A stretch of 64,000 nt of DNA from Chiloscyllium plagiosum (Eukaryota). Every line of letters begins with the position of its first letter. Within the stretch, counting starts at the first letter, position 1. The stretch lies in NCBI RefSeq assembly GCF_004010195.1, contig NC_057718.1, positions 66,898,179 through 66,962,178 of the forward strand, read 5' to 3'. Below the pieces are notes generated by a model. That model ran no database searches, was not told the DNA's origin, and saw nothing but the letters and a program-made list of their open reading frames with translations. Of this stretch, positions 62,633 to 64,000 are shown in pieces. The position numbers were made by a program, and so were the translations under genes.

Positions 62633-64000
62633 TAAGACAGGAGTAATGGATAAACCAGGAAACTACAGGTTGGTCAGTCTAACCTCAGTGATGAAGAAAC
62701 TATTGGTGGCAATTCCATGGGACAGAAATAATCTGCATTTGAAGAGGTAGGGATTAATGAAGAATAGTCAGCATGGTTTTGTTAAGAGGAGGTCATGACT
62801 GGCCAAGGAGAAAGTGAGGACTACAGATGCTGGAGATCAGAGTCAAAAAGTGTGGTGCTGGTAAAGCACAGCAGGTCAGGCAGCATCCGAGGAGCAGGAG
62901 AGTCAATGTTTCAGGCATAACCCCTTCATCAGGCATGACTGGCCAACTTGATTGAATTTTTTGAAGAGGTGACCAGGTGTCAATACATGATGTCAATACA
63001 TTTGCTGTAGTCTACTTGAACTTCAGCAAAGCATTTGATAAGGGACTGCATGAGAGACTGATAGCAAAGGTAACAGTCCATGGGATCAAGGAAATTTGGC
63101 TAATTGGATCTACAATTTGCTGAATGTCAGAAAGCAGAGGATGATGTTTGAGGGATGTTTTTATGACTGGAAGGCTGTGTCCAGTGGGGTCCCACAGGGG
63201 TCAGTGTTGCAGCCTTTGCTGTTTCTGTTTATATAAATGATTTATACTTGAGTGTAAGAGAGTTGATCAGTAAGACTGTAGATGAAAAAAAATGTTGGGG
63301 TGGTAAATAGTGAGGAGTATAGCCTTAGATTATGGAAAGATACAGAATGGCTGATAAAACAGGCTGATCAGTGGCAACTGGAATTCAAGCCAACTAGATA
63401 TAAGGTGATGCACTTGGACAAGGTATATGAATAGGAAGGGTTTGGAAGGAGATGGGCCGGGTGCTGGCAGGTGGGACTAGATTGGGTTGGGATATCTGGT
63501 CGGCATGGATGGGTGACTCTATAAGACAAACAAAGTAAGGAAATACATGATGGATGGCAGGATCCTGGGAAGGAATGAAGATTAGGGAGAATTTTGCATG
63601 CATGTGCATTGGGCCCTTGAGATATCAGGACAGGTGGATAAAGTAGTTAAGAAGTTTAAGCCGTGGCATAGAGGTTATGTTGGAATTGTATAAAATGTTA
63701 ATTGGGCCACAACTAGAGTATTGAGTGCTGTCTGGAATTCACATTATAGGAGAGATGGGAATAGCACTGGAGAGGCTGCAGAGAAGATTTACCTGGATGT
63801 TACCTGGGCTAAAGAATTTCAGTTATGCAGAGAGACTGGACAGACTAGGGTTGTTTTTCTTGGAACAGAGGAGATTGAGAGGGACTGTGATTGAGATTAA
63901 TAAGATTATAAGGGGCATAGATAGGGTAGGCAGGAAGAATGTTTTCCCCTTGATGGAGGGTTCATTGACGAGGGGACATATATTTAAGGCAAAGGGTGGA
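62633..64000 (+). mobile_element. CR1 LINE RT region, decayed, with nested inserts
   Basis: NYRLVSLTSV, QHGFVKRRS, FSKAFDK, SGVPQGSVL and LERLQRRFTWMLPGL remnants. Confidence 0.88.
62807..62933 (-). mobile_element. pLTR-only insert that ends just past the hammerhead CUGAUGA box
   Basis: 13 bp TSD catgactggccaa at 62794-62806 and 62934-62946. Minus strand starts cCTGATGAaggggttatgcctGAAAcatt. Confidence 0.85.

Noticed and set aside
55464..64000. Next channel exon (EICLL..RRTA-like)
   Set aside because: No acceptor followed by a matching phase-1 frame was found by eye. It probably lies beyond the window, though a very divergent exon could have been missed.

Overview
Vertebrate genomic DNA, most likely from a shark or ray (inferred from HE1-type V-SINEs, CR1 LINEs and Penelope-like elements). 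It is almost entirely intronic and repeat-filled, so most entries in the ORF track are transposon fragments or noise. Four + strand exons (4614-4707, 24245-24372, 38802-38948, 55226-55463) have canonical AG/GT sites and matching phases. They splice into an uninterrupted 202-codon frame covering the pore helix, S6, C-linker and first half of the cyclic-nucleotide-binding domain of an HCN-family channel. The channel is strongly divergent: the selectivity filter reads CLDYA instead of CIGYG, the S6 gate is altered, and there is an intron absent from canonical vertebrate HCN1-4. It is therefore a candidate HCN-like (HCNL-type) channel with a silent or re-tuned pore. The S1-S5 exons and the rest of the CNBD were not found in the window. 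The introns hold many decayed CR1 LINEs, HE1-type SINEs, solo LTRs, Tx1 and Harbinger relics, and many Penelope-derived inserts. The Penelope inserts carry minimal hammerhead-ribozyme motifs, fold-back structure and 13-18 bp target-site duplications. Repeat boundaries are approximate unless a TSD is quoted.
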